Positions 1 to 9,845 of a stretch of DNA of 64,000 bases are shown piece by piece. The notes beneath the pieces were generated by a model, which searched no databases, was not told the DNA's origin, and worked only from the letters and a program-made list of their open reading frames with translations. Source of the DNA: an uncultured Gemmatimonadaceae bacterium. Its GTDB lineage: Bacteria; Gemmatimonadota; Gemmatimonadetes; Gemmatimonadales; Gemmatimonadaceae. The position numbers were made by a program, and so were the translations under genes. Location: contig CAVUDW010000003.1 in the NCBI GenBank assembly GCA_963740355.1, positions 1,664,001 through 1,728,000 on the forward strand, read 5' to 3'. Numbering within the stretch: position 1 is the stretch's first letter; every line of letters begins with the position of its first letter.

Positions 1-1655
1 GAATCCGCCGTGGCCGTGACGTCGGCCTGGTCGTTCTGGATGATCACGAACTGCGCGCGGCCAGTGAAGCCACCGGTGCCGTCGAAGCCGTCGTCGTTGT
101 TGGCGGTGATCACGAGATAGCTCGTGTTCACGGTGCCACCGAAGAACTCGACGCCGTCATCCGACCCACCGTGAGCCTGCACGTGGTCGATCTGGGTTGC
201 GCTGCCGACAGCGGCGAGCGTCAGGTTGTTCAGTTCGCGGTTCGGGGCGACGATGAATCCGCCGTATTCCACGCGCACATAGCTCAGGCGACCGCTGTTG
301 TCGTTCGGCGTGCAGCCGCCGTACGTCGGTGCGCCACCAGCTTCGGCAACCTGCTGGTTACAGCCACCGGCATCGGCCGGGACTGGCGCCTGTGCGCCCG
401 TGCGTGCAGCGAAGGCCGGCGATGCGCCAATGGTGCCCGGTGTGTTGACCGTGCTCTTGCCCGAGATCCAGAGACCGCCCCAGCAGCCGGGTACCTTGGT
501 ACCGGTGCAGGTGAACACGACCGGCTCGTTCTGCGTGCCGACGGCGAAGATCGCGCCGCCACGTTCGACGAACAGGGCCGACGGATTCACGGCCGTGTTG
601 CCTTCGATGCGCGTGCCTTCCTGGATGTTCAACGTTGCGCCATCACCCACGCGGACGATGCCATCGAGCTGGTAGACGTTGTTCTTCGTCCAGCTGATGG
701 TGCCCGACAGCGTTCCGGCGGGAACGACGACACGGTTGGTGGCCTGCGGACCGCGGCCGGGGATCAGCGTACCGGCGCACGTCTCCGGGTTGCCGACCGC
801 GCGGTTGGCAACTGCAAGGAAGTCGTTCAGGTCGAGTACGCGCGAACCGTCAGCTTCGGTACCGCAAGCGCCGGCAGCGTTGGTCGGGAACACGTTGCCC
901 GCGATCACCAGGTCGACGTCGATCGCCGGTCCATTGGTTCCGATGATGATCTGGTCATTTCCCACGGCGGCGTTGGCAACCGAGAGGAAGTCGTTCAGGT
1001 CAATCGTGTTGTTGAAGTCCACGTCGCCGTACTGCAGGTTCAGTGCATACTCGCCAGGAGCGGCTGCCACTGCGCCATTCTTGCCACCGGCCGGGAGAAG
1101 ACGCGCGGCCCAATCCGCGATCGTCATCATGACGGCATCGGTCGGCACGATCAGCGACGTGCTGACCGTCGTTCCGGCGACCGTTGCCGGCATCGTGCGC
1201 ACGTTGCCGAGTGCACTGGCGGCCGTCTGGTGCACGTAACGCAGCGACGGCAGGTAGTTCTCCGCCTTCGTTTCGAACACGAACAGTGCCACGCGGCCGG
1301 TGACACCCATCGGGTTGCCAGCGATGAAGCGCAAGCTGCCCTTCGTGGCGCCCTTGGCGTTGGCGACCGTGATGGCATCGCCGGTCGGTGACTGGCCAAC
1401 GTAGCGCAGGCGCGTCTCGTCGAATTCAATGGCGCCCTGCACACCGCCAACGGTGCCCGGTGCTGCGTCGAGCTTGACTGCGACGGCGATACGCTCGCCG
1501 CGCTTGGCCGTCTGCGATGAGACTTCAAGCGTCACAGGCAGATTCGTCTGGCGGGCGATGGATCCGGTGGACTGCTCATCGGAGCAGGCCGTCAGACCGA
1601 TCGCCGACGCCGCGACGAGCGCCGCGAGCTTCGGAATGGTGCGAATGAACTTCAT
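1..1655 (-). CDS. Surface lipoprotein with cohesin-like domain, dockerin-like repeat and probable beta-helix domain (runs off window start; absent from ORF track)
   Basis: Translated by hand from ATG at 1655 (GGAG upstream): MKFIRTIPKLAALVAASAIGLTAC (lipobox); GVQGAIEFDETRLRY (cohesin-like); YGDVDFNNTIDLNDFLSVANAAVG...DGSRVLDLNDFLAVANRAVG; WTKNNVYQLDGIVRVGDGATLNIQEG...DDGVEFFGGTVN. No stop seen in this frame to the window edge. Confidence 0.85.
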   Translation of the reverse strand, partial: MKFIRTIPKLAALVAASAIGLTACSDEQSTGSIARQTNLPVTLEVSSQTAKRGERIAVAVKLDAAPGTVGGVQGAIEFDETRLRYVGQSPTGDAITVANAKGATKGSLRFIAGNPMGVTGRVALFVFETKAENYLPSLRYVHQTAASALGNVRTMPATVAGTTVSTSLIVPTDAVMMTIADWAARLLPAGGKNGAVAAAPGEYALNLQYGDVDFNNTIDLNDFLSVANAAVGNDQIIIGTNGPAIDVDLVIAGNVFPTNAAGACGTEADGSRVLDLNDFLAVANRAVGNPETCAGTLIPGRGPQATNRVVVPAGTLSGTISWTKNNVYQLDGIVRVGDGATLNIQEGTRIEGNTAVNPSALFVERGGAIFAVGTQNEPVVFTCTGTKVPGCWGGLWISGKSTVNTPGTIGASPAFAARTGAQAPVPADAGGCNQQVAEAGGAPTYGGCTPNDNSGRLSYVRVEYGGFIVAPNRELNNLTLAAVGSATQIDHVQAHGGSDDGVEFFGGTVNTSYLVITANNDDGFDGTGGFTGRAQFVIIQNDQADVTATAD

Positions 1656-1691
1656 GAGTGATCGAGCTCCAGTGGGGTTGTGTATCTGTCG

Positions 1692-1735
1692 GTGCGTGTG
1701 GTGCGGCGCACAGCGAGCCGCCGCACCACATGCAC
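1692..1735. promoter_or_regulatory. Intra-operon 17-bp stem-loop (RNA stability/processing or attenuation element)
   Basis: gtgcgtgtggtgcggcg (1692-1708) pairs with cgccgcaccacatgcac (1719-1735) with one non-Watson-Crick pair. It lies between co-oriented genes and has no U-tract. Confidence 0.5.
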
Positions 1736-1756
1736 TCGGTCAGGAACGCGCAGGGA

Positions 1757-3547
1757 TTACGGGAGCGGAGCCGGGAGGACGAACGTGCCTTCCGTGTTCA
1801 CCACGTTCGGCAGGATGTTGACCGTCGCGCCGGCATTGCGGCTCGAGATCACCTGCAGCGTGGTGGTGGTGCCAACCGTCGTGCCCGTGGTGCCGCCAGC
1901 GGCGCGCGTGAAGACGAGGCGCACGACACCGACGTTGCCGGTGATGCCGTTACCCGTTGCACCACTGAGGACCTGCACCTGTCCAGCCACGCTGCCGTTG
2001 ATGACCGGCGCAGCCGTGATGCGCGGGTTCGCAATCGGATCGTCGCCGCGGACGAACACGAGCTTGGTCGCGTCGTAGGCGACCGTGATCTGGGCACCGA
2101 CGATCGGGTCGCCCGTCACGCCGCTGGTGGTCACGTCAGCGATGTCAGCGCGGTTGAACGTGCGCATGTCGATGCGCACATCGACGGCGATTTCACCACC
2201 GGCGAGGTTCGTCCAGGTCGTGTTGTACTGGTAGCCAGGCGTGGGCGGAACCGGGCAGTCCACGACGATGTTGTTGGTGGCGGTGCCACCGCTGGCGAGC
2301 GTGTAGGACGATGCCGGGGCAACGCAGCCCGACGGCAGGCCGCTGAGCGTCAGCGTGCCGGCACCTGGGCCAGCGGAGGTGATGCTGTAGGCGCCCGTTG
2401 CGCTGGTGACAGCCGAGCCACCGGTGGAAGCCGTGACGGTCACGTTCGGCAGCAATTCGCCAGCGTTGTCAGACGTGATCGTGCCCGAGATCGTGCCCGG
2501 GAGACCGCTGCAGGTGACGGCGAAGTTCGCAACCGTGTTTGCGCCCGAGCTGACGGCGATCGTCTGCGCGGACGGCGCGGTGCAACCAGCCGGCAGGTTC
2601 GACAGCGTGATCGTGCGCGAACCAGGATTCACGGCGGCCAGGGAGTAGGCGCCCGCTGCATCGGTGGTTGCCGTCTGGCCTGAGCTCGACGTCACGATCA
2701 CGCCGGAGAGCGGGCCACGCACTGCGGACGTCACGGCACCAGAAACCGTGCCCGGGGCCACGACGCCAGCGGCGGCGAGGTCGGCGGCAACGATCATGCG
2801 GGTACGGAACTGTCCAACGGTGGCGTCGATGTCGAAGCCGATCGTGCGCACCGACGACGTCGTCAGCGGCTGGATCTCGGCATCATAGGCTTCCCAACGG
2901 AAGCAGTCGTTCGACGTCGCGAGCGAACAATCGGTGTCATTGAAGAAGCTGTACGGGGCGCCGCTACCAGCTGCACCGGTGCCGCTCCAGTCGATCGACG
3001 GCGCAACGGCGCCAAAACGCGGCTGCTCGACGATCACTTCGTTGCCGTCGCCGCCCGTCACGCCACCCGGGGTGGTCGTCACGACGTAGTCGAGCGGGAA
3101 GAGGATCACGCCTGCGGCCGGTGCAACCGGCCACGTCGGCGTGATGAACTTCACGCCAGGCAGCTTGTTCTCGATCAGCACGTCGAACGTCACGCGAATC
3201 TTGCCCGGTGCGAAGGCACCGACTGCAGACGCCTGGTAGTTCGACGGAATCAGGCGTACCGCTTCGCCGCCGAGCAACGAGAGGTTCGGTGATTCGGCAC
3301 CACCGGTGGACAACGTCGGCGCGTTGGCCGTGCTGGCCGTCGGCGATGCGATCGTGATCTTGCCGGTGTTGGTGTTGATGTCTGCCGTGAAGGCCAACGG
3401 ACGGAACTGCGCCGTTGGTGCCTCGCCAGGTACGACGGGCGCAACGCCCTTCTCGGACGCACACGCGCTGATGAACACAGTGCTCATCGCAACGAGGGCC
3501 GAGGCGAATCGACGCGTAACCTGCGCGCGTCCGGTGGTGACTGCCAT
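1757..3547 (-). CDS. Lipoprotein with two carboxypeptidase-regulatory-like (prealbumin-fold) repeats and a C-terminal cohesin-like domain
   Basis: Lipobox FISAC; repeats GTVSGAVTS..GPLSGVIV..ATTDAAGAYS and GTISGTITS..LPNVTV..AVTSATGAYS; GAQITVAYDATKLVF..VVRLVF; RBS caggag. Confidence 0.8.
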   Translation of the reverse strand: MAVTTGRAQVTRRFASALVAMSTVFISACASEKGVAPVVPGEAPTAQFRPLAFTADINTNTGKITIASPTASTANAPTLSTGGAESPNLSLLGGEAVRLIPSNYQASAVGAFAPGKIRVTFDVLIENKLPGVKFITPTWPVAPAAGVILFPLDYVVTTTPGGVTGGDGNEVIVEQPRFGAVAPSIDWSGTGAAGSGAPYSFFNDTDCSLATSNDCFRWEAYDAEIQPLTTSSVRTIGFDIDATVGQFRTRMIVAADLAAAGVVAPGTVSGAVTSAVRGPLSGVIVTSSSGQTATTDAAGAYSLAAVNPGSRTITLSNLPAGCTAPSAQTIAVSSGANTVANFAVTCSGLPGTISGTITSDNAGELLPNVTVTASTGGSAVTSATGAYSITSAGPGAGTLTLSGLPSGCVAPASSYTLASGGTATNNIVVDCPVPPTPGYQYNTTWTNLAGGEIAVDVRIDMRTFNRADIADVTTSGVTGDPIVGAQITVAYDATKLVFVRGDDPIANPRITAAPVINGSVAGQVQVLSGATGNGITGNVGVVRLVFTRAAGGTTGTTVGTTTTLQVISSRNAGATVNILPNVVNTEGTFVLPAPLP

Positions 3548-3723
3548 GCGAGTAATCTCCTGACCAGGTGGAAATCGTTCGTGCCGAGTGGCACACGCCG
3601 CGCGAACGGGGCGACGTGGTGCTCCTGTTCAGGAGCGCGCGTAAGGATCGGATCGCGCAGTAACGGCACTATTGAGGCGTATGTATCAGCCAAGTCTGAT
3701 TCCCGTATCCGCGCCGCCCGCGC

Positions 3724-6168
3724 TCACGGAATCGTGAATTGCCCTTCGAGAATCGTGGTCTTCGCGTTATACGAGAAGGAATTCGTCGCCGTCGTGCCGA
3801 GCAGCGGGCCGAGGAACGTGGCCGTCGTCGCCGTCTGCCCAGCAGTGCCGATCGGGCGGAATCGAATGGTGGCGATCACGAGGTTGCCCTGGTCGAGTCC
3901 AGGGGTCGTTGACGCACGCAGAGCCAGCCGTCCCGACGATGCGCCCGTCTGATTGGTCGCGACGTCCACCATGCCCGGACCGTAGTTGATCGACAGGAAC
4001 TGCAACTTCGACGCATCCCACTTCAGCGAGTCGACGACGAAGGAACGCAACGCTTCCGGTCCGGGGGTTTCAGGCACGTTGGCATTGAGGTCGTAGACGA
4101 TCTGCAGCGCGATACTGTTGTTCGCCATGTCGTACGCCTGCACGAGGTTGCGCCAGACGAGCGGAGTGGTGTTGGTCGGTGGCGGCGGCGCGCTGATGGT
4201 CGCTGTCGCCTGCGATGTCGCCGTGGCACCGCTGGCGCTTGTCACTGTGAGGACGATCGTGTAGGTGCCCGCCGCGGCGTAGCTGACCGACGGTGAGGCA
4301 CCGGTCGCGGTCTGTCCGTTACCGAGGACCCAGCTGTAACTCGCCGCATTGGCCGATCCAGCCGACGACAGTGTGAACTGTGCACCAGCCTGCGCCGCGT
4401 ACGGACCGTTCGCGCGCGCCACGGGTGCGCCTGTTGCAGGCGGGACGCCCGCGCCGGTGACGGTGATCGACGCGGTGCGTGACGCAGTCGCGCCGCGGTT
4501 GTCCGTGACCGTCAGCGACACGTTATAGGTGCCGGCAGCGGTGTACGTCTTCGACGGCGACACCCCGGTACCGGTCGTGTTGTCGCCGAACGTCCATGCA
4601 TAACTCGCGATCGACCCATCGGCATCGGTCGATGCGGCACCGCTGAAGCTCACCGGCGTGCCGACCGTGGCCGTCGCAGGCCCGGTGAACTGCGCCACCG
4701 GAGGCTGATTCGTCGTCGCGCCACCGCCGCCGACGGTCAGCGTGTCTTCCACCACCTGCACCGAATCCTGGAACGGAGTCGGCGAGGAGGCGAGTAGTCC
4801 TGAGGTGATGGTTGCAGACTTCGCGCTGGCAGCGCCGATCACGGTGAAGTTGAACTTCGCCAGACTGACCAAACCTGTGCGCGGCGCGGCGCTGCCTGGC
4901 GTCGACGCGATGAACGTGATCAGTCCCGGCGCGGAACCGTTCACGATCAACTGGGTCAGTTGCCCGATGTCCTCCGATTCGAACCGAAGTACGGACGCAT
5001 CGTAGCGAATGCTCGCCTGCACACCCTTCACGGCCTGGCCGGCGCGCGCCGTCAGGTCGAGGCTCGTCTCGAGCACGACGCTGGCTCCAGGCGCCGGTCC
5101 ACGCGGCGTCCACTTGTTGCGCCAGATGAACGGCGCCGCACTCGGCGGCGCGGGTGGTGGCGTGGAACCGACGCACACGATCTCGTAGTTCACCGTGGCT
5201 ACGCCCAACTTCGTCACCGTCGTCGACCGCTGCGGTGCGCCGCCCTGCAACGTGCAATTCGAGGCGATGTCCCGAATGTTGGTGTTGTACGTCCCGGGCT
5301 GCAAATTGGCAAAGCTGGTGGACGGCGCACCGGTGGTCTGTGTGCGCTGCGCCGAGAACACCCGCTGTGACGGCGGAAGCGTCGTGTCGGCTGCCTGGCC
5401 AAGCACGTCGATCGACCAACCGTCGTCGAGGCTGTCACCAGTCACCGTGGTGATCACCGTCAGTTCACCGCGATTCGGATCCTTGCAGGTGACGGCGAAC
5501 GACACCGGCGTGATGGTCGTGGCCATCGTGTCGGTGACCACCACCTGCTGCACCGCGGCGGCGGCGGCGCACCGGTCGATCAGTCCACTGAGCGTGACGG
5601 TGTAGGCACCTGGGCGCAGTGGAGAGAATCGGCGCGTGGTGCTCGGACTCAACACAGCGCGTATGGTGTCCGGCCCGGCGATCACCACCTGATAGCCATC
5701 CGGATCGAGCGACTCACTCGATGTCACCACCGATGTCGTGACGATCTGAATCCCGGGCGGCGGCGGCGTGACCACGCCACCGATCACGGACGGCGGTGAG
5801 CGATCACCGAGATCCGTCAGCGCCGCGACGCGATATCCGTAGATCGTCTCCGGCAGCACGTCGGTGTCGAACCACTGCAATTCCCCATTGGAAACGGCTG
5901 ACACACGCGCCATTTCGACGAACTCCCCCGCGATCGCCGTTCGGCGCTCAACGATGTACGAGCGCACGCTGCCAGTCGTGGCCGTGACAGGCTTCCATGT
6001 CAGCCGCACCGAGCCTGGTCGCACGACGGCCACCGACAGCTCCTGCGGCGCCGGTGCTGCCGTCAGCGGCGCAAATCCGTCGGCGCAACCGGAGAAAAGT
6101 CCCAGCGCAAGCAGGAGGCACGCGGCGACGGCACGCTGCCGCGTGCGCGCGTGGTTAACGGAGCGCAT
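3724..6168 (-). CDS. Lipoprotein: FN3, cohesin-like, two PKD domains, second cohesin-like domain
   Basis: Start reassigned to ATG at 6168 (MRSVNHAR..LGLFSGC lipobox), overlapping the receptor stop. FN3 VRLTW..YGYRV; PKD SFSGAASTDADGSIASYAWTFGD; cohesin-like GVQASIRYDASVLRF and LKWDASKLQF. Confidence 0.85.
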   Translation of the reverse strand: MRSVNHARTRQRAVAACLLLALGLFSGCADGFAPLTAAPAPQELSVAVVRPGSVRLTWKPVTATTGSVRSYIVERRTAIAGEFVEMARVSAVSNGELQWFDTDVLPETIYGYRVAALTDLGDRSPPSVIGGVVTPPPPGIQIVTTSVVTSSESLDPDGYQVVIAGPDTIRAVLSPSTTRRFSPLRPGAYTVTLSGLIDRCAAAAAVQQVVVTDTMATTITPVSFAVTCKDPNRGELTVITTVTGDSLDDGWSIDVLGQAADTTLPPSQRVFSAQRTQTTGAPSTSFANLQPGTYNTNIRDIASNCTLQGGAPQRSTTVTKLGVATVNYEIVCVGSTPPPAPPSAAPFIWRNKWTPRGPAPGASVVLETSLDLTARAGQAVKGVQASIRYDASVLRFESEDIGQLTQLIVNGSAPGLITFIASTPGSAAPRTGLVSLAKFNFTVIGAASAKSATITSGLLASSPTPFQDSVQVVEDTLTVGGGGATTNQPPVAQFTGPATATVGTPVSFSGAASTDADGSIASYAWTFGDNTTGTGVSPSKTYTAAGTYNVSLTVTDNRGATASRTASITVTGAGVPPATGAPVARANGPYAAQAGAQFTLSSAGSANAASYSWVLGNGQTATGASPSVSYAAAGTYTIVLTVTSASGATATSQATATISAPPPPTNTTPLVWRNLVQAYDMANNSIALQIVYDLNANVPETPGPEALRSFVVDSLKWDASKLQFLSINYGPGMVDVATNQTGASSGRLALRASTTPGLDQGNLVIATIRFRPIGTAGQTATTATFLGPLLGTTATNSFSYNAKTTILEGQFTIP

Positions 6169-8980
6169 AACCGATTCCGAGGCTGACGTTGACACCGGGC
6201 CGGAGATAGCCGACCTGCAGTTTCCCATTGTCGCTCTGCTGCGTATACCGGACTTCGTTGTCCGTGAGGTTGCGAGCCGAGAGGGAGACGTTCATCCGCC
6301 CGAAGCGGCGACGCACTTTCGCATCGAGACTGAATCGCCCCTGCTCGACCACATCCGCCACGACGCGCGGAACGACATCCTGCACGACATCGCCATAGCG
6401 GTAGACCCGATCGCTGAAGTAGTTGCCGAGCAGGCTGACTTCCATGCCATCCGGGCGCGAGTAGAGGAAGTTGAGGTTGATCAGCTGATCCGATTGCCCC
6501 TGCAGACGCAGCGTGCGTGTCGAATCGGCGTTGATGGCGACCTTGGCCTCGGATTGCACCATTGTCACGTTCAGTCCAGCCGACACCTGCTTCAGCCACC
6601 CCGGCAGAAAGCTCAGCCCGCGCCGGAACTCGAACTCGGCACCGAGCAGCTGCGCCGTCGGCGCGTTGGCAGGGCGGAAATAGCAGTTGCCGGAATCGGT
6701 GCCCAGAAATTCGACGATCGGATCCGTAAATCGCTTGACGAAGCCGCTCACGCTCATGATTTCGCCGGCACGCGGGTAGCGCTCCCAACGCACGTCGGCG
6801 TTACGAATCGAGGTGCGCTGCAGCGCCGGGTTGCCGATGTTGGAGCAGTCGCCCGCCACCGACTCGTAGGCGTCAGTCGTCACCTCGCGCGGATCCGGGC
6901 GCGCGACGGTTTGATAGGCCGCCAGGCGAAGGTTCTGTCGGTCGCTGAGCTTGATGGTGAGATTCGCCGACGGCAGCAGGTCGCTGTTGCGACGCGTGGT
7001 GGCCGGCGGCAGCGTGTCCTTCCGCAGGTTGTAGATGTCGAGCGACCAGTCCTCGCGACGGACGCCGCCGACCAACCGGATCCACGAGCGGATCGGAACG
7101 TCGAGCATCGCGTAATAGGCGCGAATGTTGTCCTGCGCCTCGTACGGCAGCGTGCGTGCACCGTCGCGGCGCAGGCGCAGCAGCGAACCACCGAGCAGTT
7201 CAGGCGAGAACACCTGCTCGGGCGGCAGCCGGAGCCAGGGCTCGGTCACCGCCACACCATCGAGGTTGGTCGTGAAGAGGTTGCCGTCAAAACTCCTGAA
7301 ACGGTTCTTCAGCAGCGCACCAACCTTCACCAGCGACCCGTCACCCAGCAGGCGCGCGATCGGCGTGCTCCAATCGACCTGCCCGGTCCGCACTTCATCC
7401 CGCAGGTACCGCACCCAGAAGGTGCTGCCAGGCACGTTCGGGAACATCTGGAATGTCGAGTCAGTGGACGAGCGTTGATAGGACAGCGAGCGGTTTTCCG
7501 GCTCATCGCGCTTTGCGACCGCCATCGTCGCCTTCCATTCGAGGCGCGAGTCGAGCAGCCGGCTGATCAGGTGGTCGCCGCTGACCTGCGATTGCAGCAA
7601 GGTGCGCGTGATATAGCGCACCTGGTAGACGCGCTTCTCGGCGTCGGAGCCATTGGCGGGCGAGAAACCGGACGCGGTGGAAACCAGCTCTTCGGCATTC
7701 CGCGTGTAGAGATTCTTCCACCCGACCTTGTTCGAGCCACCCAGTCGCACTGCGAAGTTCGCGATGCCGCCGAGGTCCACCTGTGTGTTAGCCTGCGATA
7801 CCGTGGAGGTATTCTCGGCCAGGCCCTCAGGCAGGAACACATTCTGAAAGAAGCGATTCGGAGTCGCGTCGGTCTGGCGATTGTAGTTGGCTGAGATCAC
7901 GTAGCCGAACGGCGCGTTGTCGCCACCCAAGCGACCACCGAAATTCGCCGTGCCGCCGAAATTAGGCACGATCGGTGTGGGCTTGGGTGTCCACACGTTT
8001 CGCAGCCCTTCCGCGAACAGTTCGTTGGCACTGGTCGCATCGCCCTGCGATGGCAGCGGTGACGGCGGCTGGCGCCGTCCTCCAGCGTCAAAGCCCAGGT
8101 AGTCGATGCCGCGCTGCGGCAGGTGCGCAATCCGCTGGAACGTCGAGGCCGAGTTGTACCCCGAGGTGAAGCTCACATCGGCAACGGCGGTGTTCGGAAA
8201 CTCCTTCGTGGACACCTCAACCGAACCGCCGGCAAAATCGCCTGGCTTGTCTGGCGTGGCTGTCTTGCTCACGACGATCGACTCGAGCAACGACGACGGG
8301 AAGATGTCGAGCGGGACGATCTTCTTCTGCGGCTCAGGGCTCGGCAGTTCGACACCATTGAGCAGCGTGTTGCTGTACCGCTCCGAGAGTCCACGCACGA
8401 CAGCGAATCGGCTGTCCACGATCGACACACCGGTGACGCGGACGATTGCATCGCCGGCATTCGTGCCCGGCGCGCGCTTGATCGCTTCCGCGCTGATCCC
8501 GTCGGACACCCGTGACGCCGATTTCTGCATCGCAAGCAGCGCATCCTCGGAGTTCGCCTTCGTCGGCGCCGCCGTGACTGCAACCGCCTGCAGCTGCACG
8601 ACCGCATTGCCGAGCGCGAAGTTCACCGTGCTGCTCTGGCCTGCGACGATGCGCACGTCGTCCTGTTGTGACGCCGTGTTCCCCAGCCTGAAGGCGCGCA
8701 CCGCGTACGTGCCGACTGGCACCGGCAGTCGATAGCGACCATCGAGGTCGGTTTGCGTGCGCAGCGCCGTGCCAACGAGGATGATGTTGGTGGCAGCGAG
8801 TGGCCGTCCGGTCGTCTTGTCCACGACCTGGCCATTCAGGTAGCCACGCGCACCCGCGGTCGGCGCTGCAGCAGAAGCGGTGGGCGCCTGCTGCGCGAAC
8901 GCAGGGAGTGAAAACAGAGATGCAGCGATGCTCAGCGCGAGGAACGCGCTGCCGCGGCACGGAAGACGGTAGGACGACAT
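6155..8980 (-). CDS. TonB-dependent receptor with N-terminal carboxypeptidase-regulatory-like domain
   Basis: Signal peptide ending PAFA; GQVVDKTTGRPL; plug VRGLSERYSNTLLNG; GNPALQ; SARNLTD; C-terminal strand SLGIGYALR. Start at ATG 8980 is preferred over 9004. Confidence 0.93.
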   Translation of the reverse strand: MSSYRLPCRGSAFLALSIAASLFSLPAFAQQAPTASAAAPTAGARGYLNGQVVDKTTGRPLAATNIILVGTALRTQTDLDGRYRLPVPVGTYAVRAFRLGNTASQQDDVRIVAGQSSTVNFALGNAVVQLQAVAVTAAPTKANSEDALLAMQKSASRVSDGISAEAIKRAPGTNAGDAIVRVTGVSIVDSRFAVVRGLSERYSNTLLNGVELPSPEPQKKIVPLDIFPSSLLESIVVSKTATPDKPGDFAGGSVEVSTKEFPNTAVADVSFTSGYNSASTFQRIAHLPQRGIDYLGFDAGGRRQPPSPLPSQGDATSANELFAEGLRNVWTPKPTPIVPNFGGTANFGGRLGGDNAPFGYVISANYNRQTDATPNRFFQNVFLPEGLAENTSTVSQANTQVDLGGIANFAVRLGGSNKVGWKNLYTRNAEELVSTASGFSPANGSDAEKRVYQVRYITRTLLQSQVSGDHLISRLLDSRLEWKATMAVAKRDEPENRSLSYQRSSTDSTFQMFPNVPGSTFWVRYLRDEVRTGQVDWSTPIARLLGDGSLVKVGALLKNRFRSFDGNLFTTNLDGVAVTEPWLRLPPEQVFSPELLGGSLLRLRRDGARTLPYEAQDNIRAYYAMLDVPIRSWIRLVGGVRREDWSLDIYNLRKDTLPPATTRRNSDLLPSANLTIKLSDRQNLRLAAYQTVARPDPREVTTDAYESVAGDCSNIGNPALQRTSIRNADVRWERYPRAGEIMSVSGFVKRFTDPIVEFLGTDSGNCYFRPANAPTAQLLGAEFEFRRGLSFLPGWLKQVSAGLNVTMVQSEAKVAINADSTRTLRLQGQSDQLINLNFLYSRPDGMEVSLLGNYFSDRVYRYGDVVQDVVPRVVADVVEQGRFSLDAKVRRRFGRMNVSLSARNLTDNEVRYTQQSDNGKLQVGYLRPGVNVSLGIGYALR

Positions 8981-9153
8981 GTGGCGGTGGGGAGCCGGTG
9001 ACACTCAGCGGCGTCGGCGCCTGCTGCAGGAGGCAGTGCCCGGCGGGGAGTCCACCGGGCAGCCGACGCAGTATCGGTTGGCAACACCTCTTTCTTCCGC
9101 ACGTCGCGTATCGTCCGCGTCACGTGGTCGTATCCCGAACGCCAGCACCGTTG

Positions 9154-9675
9154 CTATTCGGCAGCGTCGGTCGGCGGAGCGTCGGTGGCGCGTCGCCGCG
9201 GGCCATCTGGGTCGACACGCGTCGCACGCCTGCGCTCCAGCGGATCCTCCACTGGTTCTGGCGCTGGTGGCACTCCACGTCGGAAACGCGCGTTTCCGGG
9301 ATACTTTCGCCGCTTCGGTGTGCCGAGTCGCCGTACGACCTCGTCTTCGAAGCGCATGTTCGCGGGACGATCGGGATCCAGCGTCATCATCGACGCCTCG
9401 ATCTCGCGCTGCGCGGGCCGCGGCTCGGTTGCGACACAGTCCGACAGCGGGATGCCGAGATCACGCAGCAGCGACTCCGGCGCCGCCGTAGCCTCGCTTG
9501 CGATGGTCAGTTGTATCGTACTCGGCTCCCACCAGGCGCCGGCCCACTCTTCAACTTCGAGCAGTGACGCAACTGGGGAGACAATGCGGCAGATCCTGTC
9601 ACCCACGATGACAGGGGGAACAACGACGCGCATGAACGTGTGCACCGGCGAAGGGGAGGTCGCCGTCCACACCAT
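9154..9675 (-). CDS. Hypothetical protein
   Basis: 173-aa ORF co-oriented with its neighbours and filling the gap; no recognisable motif. Confidence 0.4.
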   Translation of the reverse strand: MVWTATSPSPVHTFMRVVVPPVIVGDRICRIVSPVASLLEVEEWAGAWWEPSTIQLTIASEATAAPESLLRDLGIPLSDCVATEPRPAQREIEASMMTLDPDRPANMRFEDEVVRRLGTPKRRKYPGNARFRRGVPPAPEPVEDPLERRRATRVDPDGPRRRATDAPPTDAAE

Positions 9676-9845
9676 CGTGGACTTGCCGGTGAACTTGGGT
9701 TCGCACTAGCGACCACAGCATGACCACTCTGTCACGGTCGTGCACCTGTCCGGTAATGTCACGAAGCCACCTCCGACGCTTCCGCAGGCGTTTACGCCAC
9801 CGCCGTCACCAGCGCGAGTGTGGCAGAGTCGCACGCCACAACGCG

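Noticed and set aside
171..1391. Plus-strand 406-aa ORF and similar long antisense ORFs (e.g. 5864-7894, 14157-15839, 28803-30206)
   Set aside because: Shadow frames of well-supported opposite-strand genes in high-GC DNA.
9729..9762. Pho-box-like TGTCA repeats upstream of the receptor operon
   Set aside because: Spacings are 17 and 10 bp rather than 11, and the site is ~750 bp from the receptor start.
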